DNA of 58,479 nucleotides, the filler included, from Piptocephalis cylindrospora (Eukaryota), in assembly GCA_003614145.1 (NCBI GenBank). It is 7 parts of 7 records of this genome, joined end to end, with 100 filler letters (N's around TTAATTAATTAA, not from the genome) between each part and the next. Parts side by side here need not be neighbours in the genome. Positions count along the whole stretch, not along the records: positions 33,505 to 41,771 come from KZ988158.1; positions 41,872 to 50,127 come from KZ988159.1; 5 more parts are not named here. One strand, 5' to 3'. Shown here one piece after another: positions 33,505 to 46,454 of the stretch. Below the pieces are notes generated by a model, which was not told the DNA's origin, searched no databases, and saw only the letters and a program-made list of their open reading frames with translations. The number at the start of each line of letters is the position of its first letter. Within the stretch, counting starts at the first letter, position 1. Position numbers and translations under genes: made by a program.

Positions 33505-36289
33505 GAGGAAGTTCCTTTTTTTCTTTTCTCTACCTTTTTCTTCCGTCCAGTTTTTTTTTCTACCCTGAGAATCCTGTACTGGACGGAGCCGTAAGGTCTC
33601 TCCATGAACGGGCAGGGAGGAGGACATGAGGCGTTCATACTGCTCGATCCCCTCCGAGTCACCATCCTTTTCATCCATGATCCATTGACCAATGCACTCC
33701 ATAACGTTTAGAGCCCTGTGGGTCCGGACGCCATGACCAATCCTTCCACTGACCAAGTTTCTGGGGCGTTGAAAGCGAATCGGGTCCATCCATTGGCTCA
33801 AGGGCTTCCCTGGGAGGTCGATATCTCCACCCCATTTTTCTCTCCATTCTGCCTCTTCCTCCAGGGTAAGAAAGGCGCCTGTTCCCGCATTTCCTCCATC
33901 CCCAGCAATGATCGCACGCTTTCTCTTCCTTGCAGTCTTTCCCTCCTCCTCCTCCTCCTCCTCTGTTCCTTCGGGTGCAGCCCCTTCGATGAACTCGCAG
34001 GTGGGTCTAACGCCATCTGGGAGGATTCTGGGATTCCCAGGACTCAGGGTCAGCCTACCTTCCCGCACATACTGCTGAACATTCTGGTAGCCAGTATCAG
34101 CTTTCATAGCCTTGTTCTCCTCCTTTCCCGCGGTAAGGAGCATGACTACCCGACCCGCTCTCTTCCTTCCCGTCCTTCCCATCCTTTGGATCTATGGAAC
34201 ATTGGATGGATTGAAGATGAGATGTGCTTCTCACTCGTACCCTGCGCGGTAGATACCCTACATGACTGGACGTACCGATCGAGTGGGCGAAGCCTGAGCA
34301 TCAAAGCAAATGATTAAATCAACATCCCCGATATCCAGGCCCTCCTCCCCTACGCACGTAGCCACAAGACAATTATGCTGGCCTCGCTTGAATTGCCGAA
34401 TGGTCTGGGGATCATGCCAAAGAGGTGAGAAGAAGAAGGGTTTTAGTCACCTCAATAAAAAATTATTTGCTCACCTCGAGTTGAAGTTTTTGCGTCATGC
34501 GAGCCTGGCTGCCCTTCTTGGTGGATTGGCCAACAAAGGCCATAGGCCGGATAAGAGGTGAATGTGAGTTAAGGATCTGGGTAATCTCTTGAACACTGGA
34601 TCGGTAATGGGAAAATATCATGACGCGGGTATCCTCCTCAGCATCCCCACGAGAACGAGCCTCATCTTTGGCTGTGGAAAAGTGCTCCAGGAGAATCTGG
34701 ACGAGGGGGTCCATCTTTGGATGGCCAAGAACGGAAGGATCCGCACACGCGGCCTGGACACGGGTCCAAAACCTCTGGAAAGTGGGCTGAAGAACAAACT
34801 GTACCTGAGTACGAGAGCCCTTTCCGGCCATACTAGAGTCCACCCATTCCTGCATGTGGTTTTGAAATTGGCGGATACCATGAATCAAGAGATGGCTCAT
34901 ACCTCCGGCCAGACGATGAAGAATTCCGTAGTCACCCATGTGCTTCCCTATCGCACCGCTCCGTTCCCGGCCAGCCCAGGCCCTGGATCGGCTCATGGCT
35001 TGGACTAGGCCATATGCAGTAATATATCGAGGGTTGGCTTGGTTGAGAATTCCAGCCCGTTGCAACCTGGTAACACCAGGCTGCATCATATCTACCAATG
35101 CATTTTCCAATTCACCGACCAAAGTCCCTTGGGTACGGACAATAACCCGGTCCTTGGTACGGGCATGCTGATAGCTCTGAACATCCACCGAGGCTTCGGA
35201 CCTCATTTCCACATGAGAAATGCGCAAATGGTCACAGATGGCTTGCACTGCCAAGGGATCACGACCAGGGGTGGCAGTTAGGGCAAGAATACGAACATGT
35301 TTGCCTTCGAGGGCGCGAACCACCTGGACATAGGCGTAATTTCCAGAGGCTTTGTGGGCCTCATCCACGACAAGACACACAATGCCTCCGGCGGGAAGAA
35401 GGCCATTCCGAATGTCATTCTCCACTACCTGAGGTGTACAGAAAAAGGCATGGTACTGGTTCCACAAGGCCTTACGGCGATGCTGAGGCTCCTGACCGGT
35501 AAGCTCACAGGCCTCGGAGGAGTGCATACCCATGAAGCGGGAGCAAGCACCGAGCTGTTGGCGGACCAAGGGTCGAGTCGGGGCCATGAAGAGGACGCGG
35601 GCATCCGGGAACCACCGGCGATAATTAGCCATGACAACGGCGGCGATCAGGGTCTTTCCCATGCCGGTGGGCACGGCGGCCAAGGTATTTTCAAAGAGGG
35701 CCCTTCGGACAATGGCGAATTGGTAGCTTCGGATGGAAGGGTTTCTCGGGTAAACCCAGGTGGAAAGGCTCTCCCAATTTGGGGTATGCGGAGAAGGGGA
35801 GCAATCCCAAGAGGATTGATCCGGATTGGGTGGGTCTCGGGGAAGGGAATCCTCCGATGGGTCCTCTGAAGAAGGGATTGAACCATTTCCTGGTAAGGAG
35901 TCAGAGGAAGAGGAGGAAGGGGAGAAGGAGGAGGGTGGAAGGGGGGGGATGGCTGGGGTGAAAAACGATGGGAGTGTCCGCACCGGCTGATCTCTACGGA
36001 TTTGGATAGGATGTGATGTAACAACAGAAGAGGGGACTCGGAGGGAGGCGACGCTTGAGGGGCTTGAGGATATTCTGGATGGAAAAGATGAGGGCCTGGA
36101 GGGGATAGAGGAAGCATGAGAGGAGGCAGATGGGGTCTGTACTGAAGTAGCCGTTGTCGCTGAGGAATGAGAAGTTTGCTCCACAGAGTCCAAGGCAGCA
36201 ATTAGATCGGCGCTAGAAAGACCAACATCATACGCCAAAAAGTCCTCCTCCTCCCCCTCCTCCTCTACTCTGTCCGAGGGAAAGACCAT
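33505..36289 (-). CDS. MPH1: FANCM/Mph1 DEAH-box DNA helicase, 3' truncated at contig end
   Basis: [90 protein letters not shown]. Confidence 0.95.
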
Positions 36290-37654
36290 GGGCGTCAGGC
36301 AAGCAGCAAGTATGGGTCAGTGAGGGAGAAGAGGAGAGGCATGCAGTGCCAAACCGGCTGATGCTGTCACGGGGTCCTGAGCTTGCGGCTGAAAAGGGAT
36401 GGGTGTGGGGAAGAAAGGAAGGTTCGCGTCATTCGATACATGCGCGGTATGAGTGCCATCCTTGTTGTCACAGTCCAGGGTTGCGCTTCATCAGAGAGTA
36501 TTACCCTCTCCCAGCCTTAATGGTGGCCTGTCCCAACAAACCAAGCAGAAGATCTTGATGTGGCCTGACTCACTGACGCGCTGGATGTCAATCTCCCCCG
36601 TATGAGCGGCCCTTGAGTCCGTGTCCCCCCTATCCATCCTTTTCCCTCATTCTGGGTGGTGCTCCGCTGGCCATGAATGGTTAGCGAAAGAAAAGGAGGA
36701 AAGAGCTTTTGATCTTGCTTCGCCAAATGATAGATTAGGTGAGGTTCTTTATGGAAGTCCATTTGGGGCCTGGGCCCCGGGCCTTGCCCTCTCTTCCTCC
36801 CCCACTTAGGACATCGAGATCGCTTCTATATTTTTATACATCTCTTCTATATTTTTATGCATCTCTTCCAAGGCTTCTCCTCTTTGCTGCTCATGAAAAG
36901 GAGTTGTAGTGGAATGAGGGTAGATATGAGAGTGGGCTCATTGGTGCAGATGCACTCTCCCATCCCTAAGGTCCTTTCCACACCTAATGTAAAAGGCTGG
37001 TGTTGAATAGCATTATTCTGCTTCCTATATGGCAAGAGCCATACCTATATCCACTCAACAGTAGCCAAGGAAGACAAGTGGGATTGCTTTTTTTGGGCGT
37101 TATTGGTAGACATGTCAGAAGCAAAGCGCAAAGAATGGGTCGATCCCATGATGCTTTCCCTTCGGTGATTACCCGGGACCCGATCAGCACCCGTCGGGGT
37201 ACCCTGCGCCTCCCCTATCATTGACTGGCTCCACCTTCGTCGGAGAAGAGATGGCGTGGGGAAATGGTGTACAAGAGGAGAAGGAAATACCTATACCCAG
37301 ACCATGTCTATTTATATCCGAGATCATGTTACACCACCTACATATTCTTGACGACATTCGGACGTGTTACGTCCGTATGGCATATCTAGGAAGGGAGAAA
37401 TACTACTCTGAACAGAAAGTCCCTCCTATGTACATCGCCTATTATGGACAGAGGAATAAGCTTTGGTTCTGTAGGCTGGGTATTGTGGCATTAAACGAAA
37501 AAATTGTTATAAAAATGGCCCGTTCTGCATCATCCTAAACTGAACAAAGCCATCTTCCACCACATCCCCTCCATCCCTTGTGCATTCTACCTGCTATCAT
37601 CCCACTCCTTCCCTTCTCCTCCATCTCCTTACTCTATTCCTTATCATCGTCACT

Positions 37655-38011
37655 ATGAAGCTCTTTACCGCTCTGGCATCCCTGACCCTCCTAGTCTCTA
37701 TGGTTGCAGGGGCCGAGACCGACGCCAACGGCAGGGAGGTTGTTTGTAACGCGTGCGTCAACGGACAAAAATCCTGTTACTACAAGTGCGATGGGGACGA
37801 GGTATGCCCCAAGATTATCTTCTACCGCCCGTGCAACGGAGACGATGACTCTCCCTCCAACTCTGAGGATGTCCCTCCCATGCCCCTCCCTTCCCCCGAA
37901 TGGGTGTGCAATCCGTGTGTCAATGGGGAGCAGATCTGCCACCCTAATTGTCCCCCTGGCCGTCAGTGCATCCAAATCGTCAGGGCTCAGAAATGCACCG
38001 CCAATGCCTAG
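37655..38011 (+). CDS. Small secreted cysteine-rich protein (118 aa) with two 6-Cys modules
   Basis: Signal peptide MKLFTALASLTLLVSMVAGA; two modules with identical C-2-C-6-C-3-C-5-C-8-C spacing joined by an acidic/Pro linker. Confidence 0.85.
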   Translation: MKLFTALASLTLLVSMVAGAETDANGREVVCNACVNGQKSCYYKCDGDEVCPKIIFYRPCNGDDDSPSNSEDVPPMPLPSPEWVCNPCVNGEQICHPNCPPGRQCIQIVRAQKCTANA

Positions 38012-38400
38012 GACACAGTACTTGGCTCAATATCTCCGCGCATCTCTGCTTCCCATAAAGGACGACAAGATGTACAGGCCCGAGTCAAAGTTTTCCTATT
38101 GATCCACTATGGCATATGTAGCGCTCTCCGTTGATCATGATGGAAATATACACACTAATCACGGGATGACCATTTGCACTTGCTTGTGATTTGCGCTTCT
38201 AATATGAGAGCAAGGCAACACCTTCTACACTAGAGAGGCACTTTCTAAACAGCAGAGAAGCGGGAAGGCACCTGGGATTGCTCCCTCCATTGACTCTACA
38301 TAACTTCTTGCGCCCCTAACAATAACTCACTCTCACCAGGCATGGGGTTCCAAAGCGTCCATGCATCTTCAATATCCGTGCGAATCATCCCTTACTCTTT

Positions 38401-39023
38401 TTACTTGTAAACACCAACAATGTAAGAGCTTCCGGTACGAATGTAGATGGATCTAGAAAGGAATAGGGTGGTCGATGAGCCATGATATTTACCTTCTCCA
38501 TCCCATCCAGCTTCCACTCATGTACCCTTGACTTGTTTCAATCTTGGTGACCACCTGGTTTTCCTGCTCCTCTGTGCTCGCCTCGGTTAAAATCTGAGCC
38601 TGACGAGACAATGCCAAAATCAAACCAGAAGCATCAGGAGACACAGGTCCACGGGCTAGAGCAGATGGGGAAATAATAAGCTTGGGGAAGATACTGAATC
38701 TTTATAGACTTTGGGAGAAGGGTCAAGATGTCTGGTAACCAGGCGGAAATCAAGCACTCCCATCTAACGAGAGAGGTTCATCACGGAGTTCCAACTTACA
38801 TGCGACGCATAGACCTAAGCTATCGACGAGGATTACCGCTCGAACCCCATCCTCCTTCATACTACACCAGGTAAAAGGGAGAGGTTGAGTTGTGTTCAGG
38901 AAGGGGATCCCTCTTGAAAGTGGTAGATCAGCAAGTCCTTTTCTATTCTAATTCAATCTAGGGCTGTCCTTACGTGTTGTCGAGCATCTGTTCCACAGGT
39001 CCCTCTAGAGATCGTGTAGTCAT
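38401..39023 (-). CDS. LAMTOR5: Ragulator subunit LAMTOR5 (HBXIP) homolog, 4 exons, 97 aa
   Basis: Exons 39023-38974, 38861-38800, 38655-38526 and 38452-38401 with GT-AG junctions in consistent phase give MTTRSLEGPVEQMLDNTMKEDGVRAVILVDSLGLCVASRGPVSPDASGLILALSRQAQILTEASTEEQENQVVTKIETSQGSIYIRTGSSYIVGVYK*, colinear with the roadblock-fold LAMTOR5 family. Confidence 0.87.
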
Positions 39024-39456
39024 TTCAGATAAAGAGTATAGTGGCTTTTTTCAAGAACAGAATGGGTTGTAGAAAGACACGTCAATGTGGGAAGATACAG
39101 GAAGGCAAGGCAAGGCAAGACAATTGAGGAAGAAAGGATGAGTTTGGGAGTGTGTGCAGTCAACTCTGAGTCATGTAGCCATCCATCGGGCTTTTAGTGT
39201 GACTCCGCACTCCACAAGGCCATCAGCAACACGTCCATTCACTATACTTCGTTACACTATATCGTCCTTGAATCACGTATATGTCATTCCTTGTTGCATC
39301 CAAGAGGCATGTAGAATATACGCACGAATGAACACATCACATGCATCCCAGCAAAAAAAAACCGCATTTCCTTCGTCATGTCATTTCGCTATACCCGTAA
39401 GCTTACAATATCTCTTGGCAATCCATATCTCTTCTCGTCCGAAAAAGGCATCAGCC

Positions 39457-41771
39457 TTAGATCCGCTCGAGAGCCTTGACCATTTCAATCATCCTGCCGT
39501 ACACCACCTTTCCCTCCTGATCACCGGGAATTTCCATCGCTCGTACTACCTTGTCCTCAAAGTCAGAACTGTTTCCAATACAAGTCGTCGGTGGATCGAT
39601 ATGGGAGTGGAGTGAGTATGAGCCCCTGAAAAAGTGTTGCCCTATCCCGCTTACCTAAGCTTTTCGCCTTTTCGTGGCCGAATGGTCCAGTGGAGAGGAT
39701 GCCCAGGATACCGATTCAGATGGCTGGAGGGCAGATGAAAGAATATCGAGTAGATCGACTTTTTCCGTACATCCACCACCTCTACTTCTACTCTCACCCC
39801 GGTCCCATCACCTTTGGATTGCTGGACACGTACCCGATACAAGGAGGAAAGTCGGACAAGGTCATCCATCAACAAAGATCTCCCTCTCCATTCGTGCATT
39901 ACCATCAAGAGCGCCCTTCGGATCCCGTATAGGTTGGTCGCTAGGCCATGTCCAGGCGACATGGGGAGAGTCAGATCTGGGTGCGACCTACCTTTCGGCT
40001 GACCATCCTTGTTGCACTTATCAGCATTTTCATCTTCATCCTTACCGGCATCCTCCTCTCTGGCCCCCCCATGCTCAAGGGATCCTCCCCATCGAATGGA
40101 CCACTCTACACCACCGTCTTGGCCCTCTTGTTCACTTTTTTGAGATTTTGTGCGCTTCAGCTGGACAAACACCTTTCTATCGGCATTCATCACCAGGTCT
40201 ACCTGTCCGGCATCATCGGTCAGCCGCTTCATCTCCCACGGAGTCATCGTTTCCTGTAATTGGTATTCCTCTGTCGATACATTCCTCGTGAGATGAGAAG
40301 AGATTAGTGGCGCCAACAATGAGCGTCAGAGCAGACAGCCCCCTCCCACACTTACCTCGGATCTCTTGTAGATCAGTAAGAGACCGAGCATGGGATTCTT
40401 TACAGGTAGCATTGGCATCCTCAATACGCTGTTCAGGCCAAGCCAACAAGGAGGTGTATGACCGGATCAATGTGTCAGCACAAGCCCGGAATGACCTTCT
40501 TCCACTATTCTACCCACGCATATTCACCTACCTTAACGACAGATTGCTTCTGAGTCTCGACCTCCTCAAGCTCCCCCGTCAACCGTGATTTTTCTTTTTT
40601 GTGATTGTCTAGTTCAAGCTGAAATATCTTCAGCTGGGAACTGTATCGTTCCATCCTCGTCCAGAGTGAAAATGTGAGCCAAAAAGTGCGTTGTCATCCG
40701 CTCATCACACAAAAAAGAGGGTGGCGATACAAATCCCATTTCCGCTCTAACCTGCCTCACCTTTGTTCATCGATCGCCTCGTTCAAGGATGCCAGCTGCT
40801 CCTGGTCCGCTACCACCAACTCTTTTTTCCTATAGCATAATCCCCCAAATAAGGCTTTTCCGTTAGAAGAAGATATCCCACTCACATCTTGCCATAAACG
40901 GGCATACCTTTGCTTGATCCGATCCAACTTGGCACGGAGTTGTTGATGAGTCGCACGAACCGAAGGAAGTGCCCGGTCTAACAGCGAATTGTATTTTTTG
41001 GTACGTTGATATTCCTACAGTATCGAGAAAGGCAATATCGCGAATCATAGATGAGGATGAGAGGGGAGAGGAGGAGGCGCTCGGGATTGGCAACTCTACT
41101 TACCTCGCTGAGTTTCTCATAATTTTCTCGGTAGGTAACCAGGATGACTGGCCGTACCCCATCCACCCACCGATACCACCTATCCAAGGCAGTGAGCCGA
41201 CAGTGCTTCCTCTCCCGTTGTATTTGTTGCTGAAGGAGGAGAAGTATGACACGATGAAAGAGGATAAGTGAATGCTGTCTCTCAACCACAAATACTCTCC
41301 ACCATCTTTCATCAACCAGAAGCAGATGATTGAGACCATCACCTACCTGAATCTCCAAGCGCTCCTCCATTCCACCCTCGAGATATTCTTGAACAAGCAA
41401 GGGGTTTGCCGCATCGATGCTTGAAGCCAAAGCCGTAGCATTGGCCTTGAATTTCTCCATAATATTCCTCAAATCTGTGCATGCCTAATGATATAAATAT
41501 CGTGGAGTCAGTGACCAATTGAGGGCCAAAAGAAAGCCGTAGGTCTGTCTATGCATTCTTGCTAAGAGTTCCGTTTCTATATGCGCCCAGGGATAACGCA
41601 TCTTAGAAAAGAAAAGACTTACAAATTTGACAAATTCCAGCATGGGGCTATCCAGGATTACCGTTCGGATCAGCTCTAGATCCGTATAATCATGATCTAG
41701 AAAAGAGGACGAGGATGGGGGGGGGGGGAACATGAGTATTTATAAAGGATGACCATTGACAAATCCTCCAA
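39457..41771 (-). CDS. SPC105: Kinetochore protein Spc7/Spc105/KNL1, C-terminal part, 5' truncated
   Basis: VILDSPMLEFVKF/ACTDLRNIMEK...SIDAANPLLVQEYL...QQIQRERKHCRLTALDRWYRW matches the Spc7-domain pattern, followed by coiled coil and an RWD-like tail; TAA at 39457. Confidence 0.75.
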
Positions 41772-41871
41772 NNNNNNNNNNNNNNNNNNNNNNNNNNNNN
41801 NNNNNNNNNNNNNNNTTAATTAATTAANNNNNNNNNNNNNNNNNNNNNNNNNNNNNNNNNNNNNNNNNNNN
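41772..41871. other. Artificial contig spacer
   Basis: N44-TTAATTAATTAA-N44. Confidence 0.98.
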
Positions 41872-42180
41872 ATTCTCGGATTGAATGGGTACGTCTGGGT
41901 GTGTAAACACCCAAGCAAGACTGGGGAGGAACTGGAGGCTGAGGAGCTGTATGCAAACTACAATGAGCCGATGACGGAAGAGGAGAGATTGGGGGTGGCG
42001 CGAATGGCGAACTGCATCCGACTCCTTATGCACCACCGGATTCCCCTGAATCACACAGTTCTGGCGTATGCGTATGAGTCGGCACTTGCTCATCCGGTCA
42101 AGGACCTGTTGGACGCTGAAATAATGAGCCAGGTGGCTGAGGAAACCAAGGCACAGGTGGCCATGTCCACCCAAGAATAA
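41872..42180 (+). CDS. RRP4: Exosome cap subunit Rrp4/EXOSC2, C-terminal fragment
   Basis: ILGLNGYVWV (KH-like GxNG) and ERLGVARMANCIRLL...AYESAL...DLL. Confidence 0.8.
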   Translation: MLGLNGYVWVCKHPSKTGEELEAEELYANYNEPMTEEERLGVARMANCIRLLMHHRIPLNHTVLAYAYESALAHPVKDLLDAEIMSQVAEETKAQVAMSTQE

Positions 42181-42303
42181 GGTGTGAGTGAGTGCGTGAT
42201 GTGTGATGTGAATGGATTGATGTGTTTATTCCGTATTTCCATGTTAAAAAGGGAAGGGAAAGGGAGTCGTGTGATTCCTTGGGATGCCCTTCTTGCCATT
42301 CCT

Positions 42304-43855
42304 TTACTCCACATGACCAAGCTCCTCGGGCGAGGAGGGAAAGGCCAATACGGCCTTGGAGAAGGAGCCTTCGGTGATGGCGACTCGAGTTTGCTCGAGG
42401 AATTGATTGTACTGGTACATGTTGTGTCTATGATGAGTGGGTAGGGGGGAGGGAGAGAGAGAGAGGAGAAGAGCTTAAGGATACAGATGGAAAAATGGGG
42501 TGCTGCTTGATACATAGTCAAACTTACGCCATAAGCAAAACTTCCGCCAGCATCTCCTTAACCTGGAGCAAATGATGGGTGTAGGCTCGGGTATGCCGGG
42601 AACAAGCGTAACAGAGGCAGCCCTTGACCAAAGGTTCCAGGTTCTCCCGGTTCTCCATAGACCACATATTATGGGTCCGATAGATGGGAGAGGCAGAATC
42701 TAAGTCGAGTTCAATGGCCAGTCCCTTGGATGTCGCTTGATACACGTAACTACCATCAAGGAGATCAATACCATTCTGGATGGCCTGTAGCATTTCTTCT
42801 GGTCGGGAGAAGCCATATGCAATCCGGGGTTTGTTCACTGGAAGTTGTTCCAGGGTCGTGGAGAGGAGGGTCAATCGGTTGGTCATGGGCAGTGAAGCTG
42901 TATCTTGGGTGGCAACCACGTATCCTAGATGGAAGAGAGGATAAAGGTGAGCTGTGACATTCATCTCCTCATATACCCCTTCCTCATTTTTACTATACCG
43001 TCAACATCTAAGGAGGCCATATTCATGGCGGAATGCTTTCTCGACTCTATAATATGGCTTCCTTGGGCAACGGCAAACATGGGAATTTTATCCTAACCGC
43101 CATCATCAAGGAAGATCGATAGTCGTGAGAAGGCGTAGCCTAGGTATATCCTATTTCACTTACCACATTAAGTGCAATGCACTTGTCAAGGTGCTCCAGG
43201 GATCGCTTGACTGATCGGCGAATTCGACTAATGCTCGGGTCCACCTCGGTGGGCATGTCAGTCAAGGCGACTAAGATGTCCGGTTTGTAGGTGTGGACGG
43301 CCTTCATATATGCATCTGGGGTGATCTAGATCGAATGAGGGGGGCAGTGAATGAACAAGGAGCCCTGATCTCCTTATCATATTACCTCAGCCCTACCTTG
43401 CCAACCCCGGAGGTGGTGTGGAATTGAACGGTTTGTTTGCCATTGGGAGGGGTTGGCCGGATATCGGAGGGGTCCAAGAGGTCACACAGGATAATCTTAT
43501 TCTTGGGATACCCGAGGAAATGGTGCATGCCGCTGGAGGGTCCACCTGAAAGGACATGACCTTCAACGCTACAATATGGTTATTTCGCGTGAAATCTGAG
43601 TGAGCGCTCCCATCTGCCATGCACAACCTTTCCATCCCTCTCTACCTACAGAAAATGTTGAAGGGCGACCTGGACGACTGGGGCGGTCTGGTCATCCAGA
43701 GTATCTGGGGTCAAGTGGGGCACTTGCCCTCTCAGGGTGTACGAAAGGATAGCGGGAGTCTGCAGCGTTTTCTGGACCTTGCCACTACCCAAGGTCAAAA
43801 GCCCCCGGCGGACCGAGGGTTCGACGATGCTGGCTAACTGGAGGGAGCAGGTCAT
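42304..43855 (-). CDS. QTRT2: Queuine tRNA-ribosyltransferase accessory subunit, multi-exon
   Basis: TPAILSYTLRGQVPHLTPD, KRSVKRSLEHLDKC, LPVNKPRIAYGFSRPEEMLQAIQNGIDLLD, Zn site CLCYACSRHTRAYTHHLL..EMLAEVLLM/HNMYQY. Confidence 0.88.
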
Positions 43856-44312
43856 GATGGAAGAGCGGATGGGAGGAATGAGATGGTCGCAGCTGGCCTA
43901 GGGGTATCAAAGCGTAACTAATAGATAGACCATGGTGACTGATCAGGCGTATTGTATGCATACTGAATTTGGCGTCGGTTTTTGCTATTTTCCAAGATAG
44001 CGGTGATTAATTAATTTCCACTTTAATGGGATCGAGGACACCATGTTGCCATGATAACACCATCCCTTAAGGGTGGCTCAATCTTCCATCTTCCCTCCAT
44101 AGCTCATAGAAGGGGATGAAAGTAACATGCATAGTGTGTGGCAGAAAAAGGGGAGAAGAAAAAAGGATAATGCCTAATGCCTATCCAATCCACCCTATTT
44201 AATCACCCTTCATTGCATTCACCTGCCATCGCCAAGGGATCTTACGAAAAAGGGCATCTCTCTCTCTCTCTCACCTCTCCTCCTATGTGGAGATCGGGAC
44301 TAGGATGTAATT

Positions 44313-45584
44313 CTACTGCTTCTCGGCCTCCTGGGCAGCAGCGGCCTTCTTCTTCTTGTTCTTCTTGGTGCCGAGACCCGAGTTGAGGAGCTTGACAATC
44401 TCGGGGTCCTCAATCTTGTGCTCGGATTGCACGAGCTCATCGTTCCAGTGGGAGGGGGTGATACGAACGGGACCGTTGGCGGTGAGAAGAACGGTGAAGA
44501 TGAACTGGGCAACAGTCTCGCCCTTCTGGTCAGTGTAGACGTCGTAAGCATCAACGACGGAGCGCTTGGCGCACTCCTGGATTCCCATGCGGGCCTTACG
44601 CTCATCCTCCATGGCGCGGAGGGTAAAGGGGAATTGACCAAACTTGGAGGTAACTTCACTGTAGACCTTGCGGGAAGCGGCCATCTTGAGCTGATAGGAA
44701 GTAGTCGTCTTCTTATGGACAGTAGTGCGGTAAGTCGAGTCCTTGGGCTTGGCGTCACCAGTGGAGACGAGGACATCGACAGTCCAGACGTCGCCGACGG
44801 CAAAGTCACACCGCTCGTAGTTCCTGTTCTGGTCGGAAGGGTTGAGGATGATGGTCTTCTTGCCATCAAGGAGGTTACGCTCCTGCTGATGGGAAAGCAT
44901 ACCTTCGATGCTCTTGACACCAAAGGCATTGGTAATGGTCTGGAGGGTCTCGGTGACATCCGAGTTCTTCTTGCCTTCGCGGATCAGGCGAAGGGCGGCC
45001 TCGGAAGCGAGATAGGCAGCCTTGAGGGCATCGGCCTTCTTTCCAGTCACAGGAGCCTCCTTGGTGGCCCCGACGACGACGGTATGGGCGGTGACAGCGG
45101 CAAATCCATCAATCTGAGCGCCGAGTTCACTATTATCGACAAGGGTGTGGGGGGAATGAGTTAAGCGACGATATGTTTCGTCTAATTTTCCCTGGCTTCC
45201 TCTCCCATTTCAATGGTCTCCCGTCTTGACTTACATTTTGACCATATCACCATCCTGAATTTCCTCAGCAGCCTCAGGATCCGAGGGAAGGGGGGAAAAG
45301 TGACAGATGACATGGTTGACGGAGACACAGGTGGGGAAGGCAATACCCTTGGAGATCTTGTTGGCACCGGAGCCCTTGGCGTAGACGGCCTTAGTACCCT
45401 CTCCGAGGAGGCGGTCACCGAGGGAGCACAGGTCGATGATCTTGGCACCGGGGACACACGCGTCCATAACCTTGACCAGGGCCGCGTCGGCAATGACGGC
45501 GGCGGTCCGGTACTTGGTCACGACATCGGAGTTCTTGATGGTGTAATCGACGGCTTCACCCTCTGGGACCGTAGTGGAAGACAT
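44313..45584 (-). CDS. PA2G4: Proliferation-associated 2G4 / EBP1 / Cdb4 (MetAP-like fold), 2 exons
   Basis: VVTKYRTA, KGIAFPTCVSVNHVICHFSPL, ELGAQIDGFAAVTAHT, YQLKMAASR, FPFTLR, VAQFIFTVLL, Lys-rich tail. Confidence 0.95.
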
Positions 45585-46165
45585 GGCGCTGAACAGGAAG
45601 GAGGGGGGAAGGGGGAAGGGGGGATGTGGAGGGGATGAGAGGGTGGTTGGGAGCAAAGGCGAGAAGGAGGGAAAGGGTGGGGCGCAGCTAGGGAGAGATT
45701 TCTACTGTTCAAGGGAATCTTTTTAGTCTCCCTCCCCTGTCAGGTAAAAATCCAAGGCCAAAGGATAGTGTTGGGGGTGAGGCGAGTATGACAGACGGTA
45801 GTGGTGTACTACGAGCATCTTGTATTTTCCAGTAATGTTTTTGCGGCATTGCATTTAAAAAAAATGGAGTGAGCAGAGTTTAAAACCCGCCAGATCACAC
45901 ATGAAATGCTCACTCTAGTGGTAAATTTCACTTATTTTCAAATGTCCGATACTGCAGCCAACGAAGATAAGTGGGAGATTTAAGCACCGCTCTACTCGTC
46001 CTATTTCCATCACTAGGCTCTCATCTCCCACCGCCTTGTCAAACAGCAAGAGTATCTCACCCTCCATCCCCAAGTCCTCTTTTCCTCCACCTCGCCAACA
46101 TCAAGATCGTGCGCTTACTATCTCCAAGATCACCGACCAAACACTCCATTTTCTCCCTCACAACC

Positions 46166-46267
46166 ATGTTCACCGATGATAATCTAGGCGTCTTAGCCAA
46201 TACGTTGGGCATGGTGACCGTGGTGCTGATTGGCGTGTACCACTACCTCGAGGTCAATGCCTTGTGA
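46166..46267 (+). CDS. OST4: Oligosaccharyltransferase subunit Ost4 (33 aa)
   Basis: MFTDDNLGVLANTLGMVTVVLIGVYHYLEVNAL matches the Ost4 pattern MxTDxxLxxxAxxLGxxxxxLIxxYHY. Confidence 0.9.
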   Translation: MFTDDNLGVLANTLGMVTVVLIGVYHYLEVNAL

Positions 46268-46454
46268 GTGACGGGAGGGAGCTCTATTCTTTGTTTTTGC
46301 GCATCAATACCAAAAGCTGCCCACTTGCCTCTTCCATGTCCTATGCCTCAGTCTTTTTCCTGTATTCATAAATAAAGGAAGAGAGGACTATGAGAAGGCT
46401 TCGTTCCCACGCTGAGCCTTCTCTCTATCCCATCAACCACTCTACACCAGACAC

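Noticed and set aside
45867..45915. 9-bp inverted repeat GAGTGAGCA/TGCTCACTC between PA2G4 and OST4
   Set aside because: Short stem with a 31-nt loop, no target-site duplication or RNA-family signature; not distinguishable from chance.
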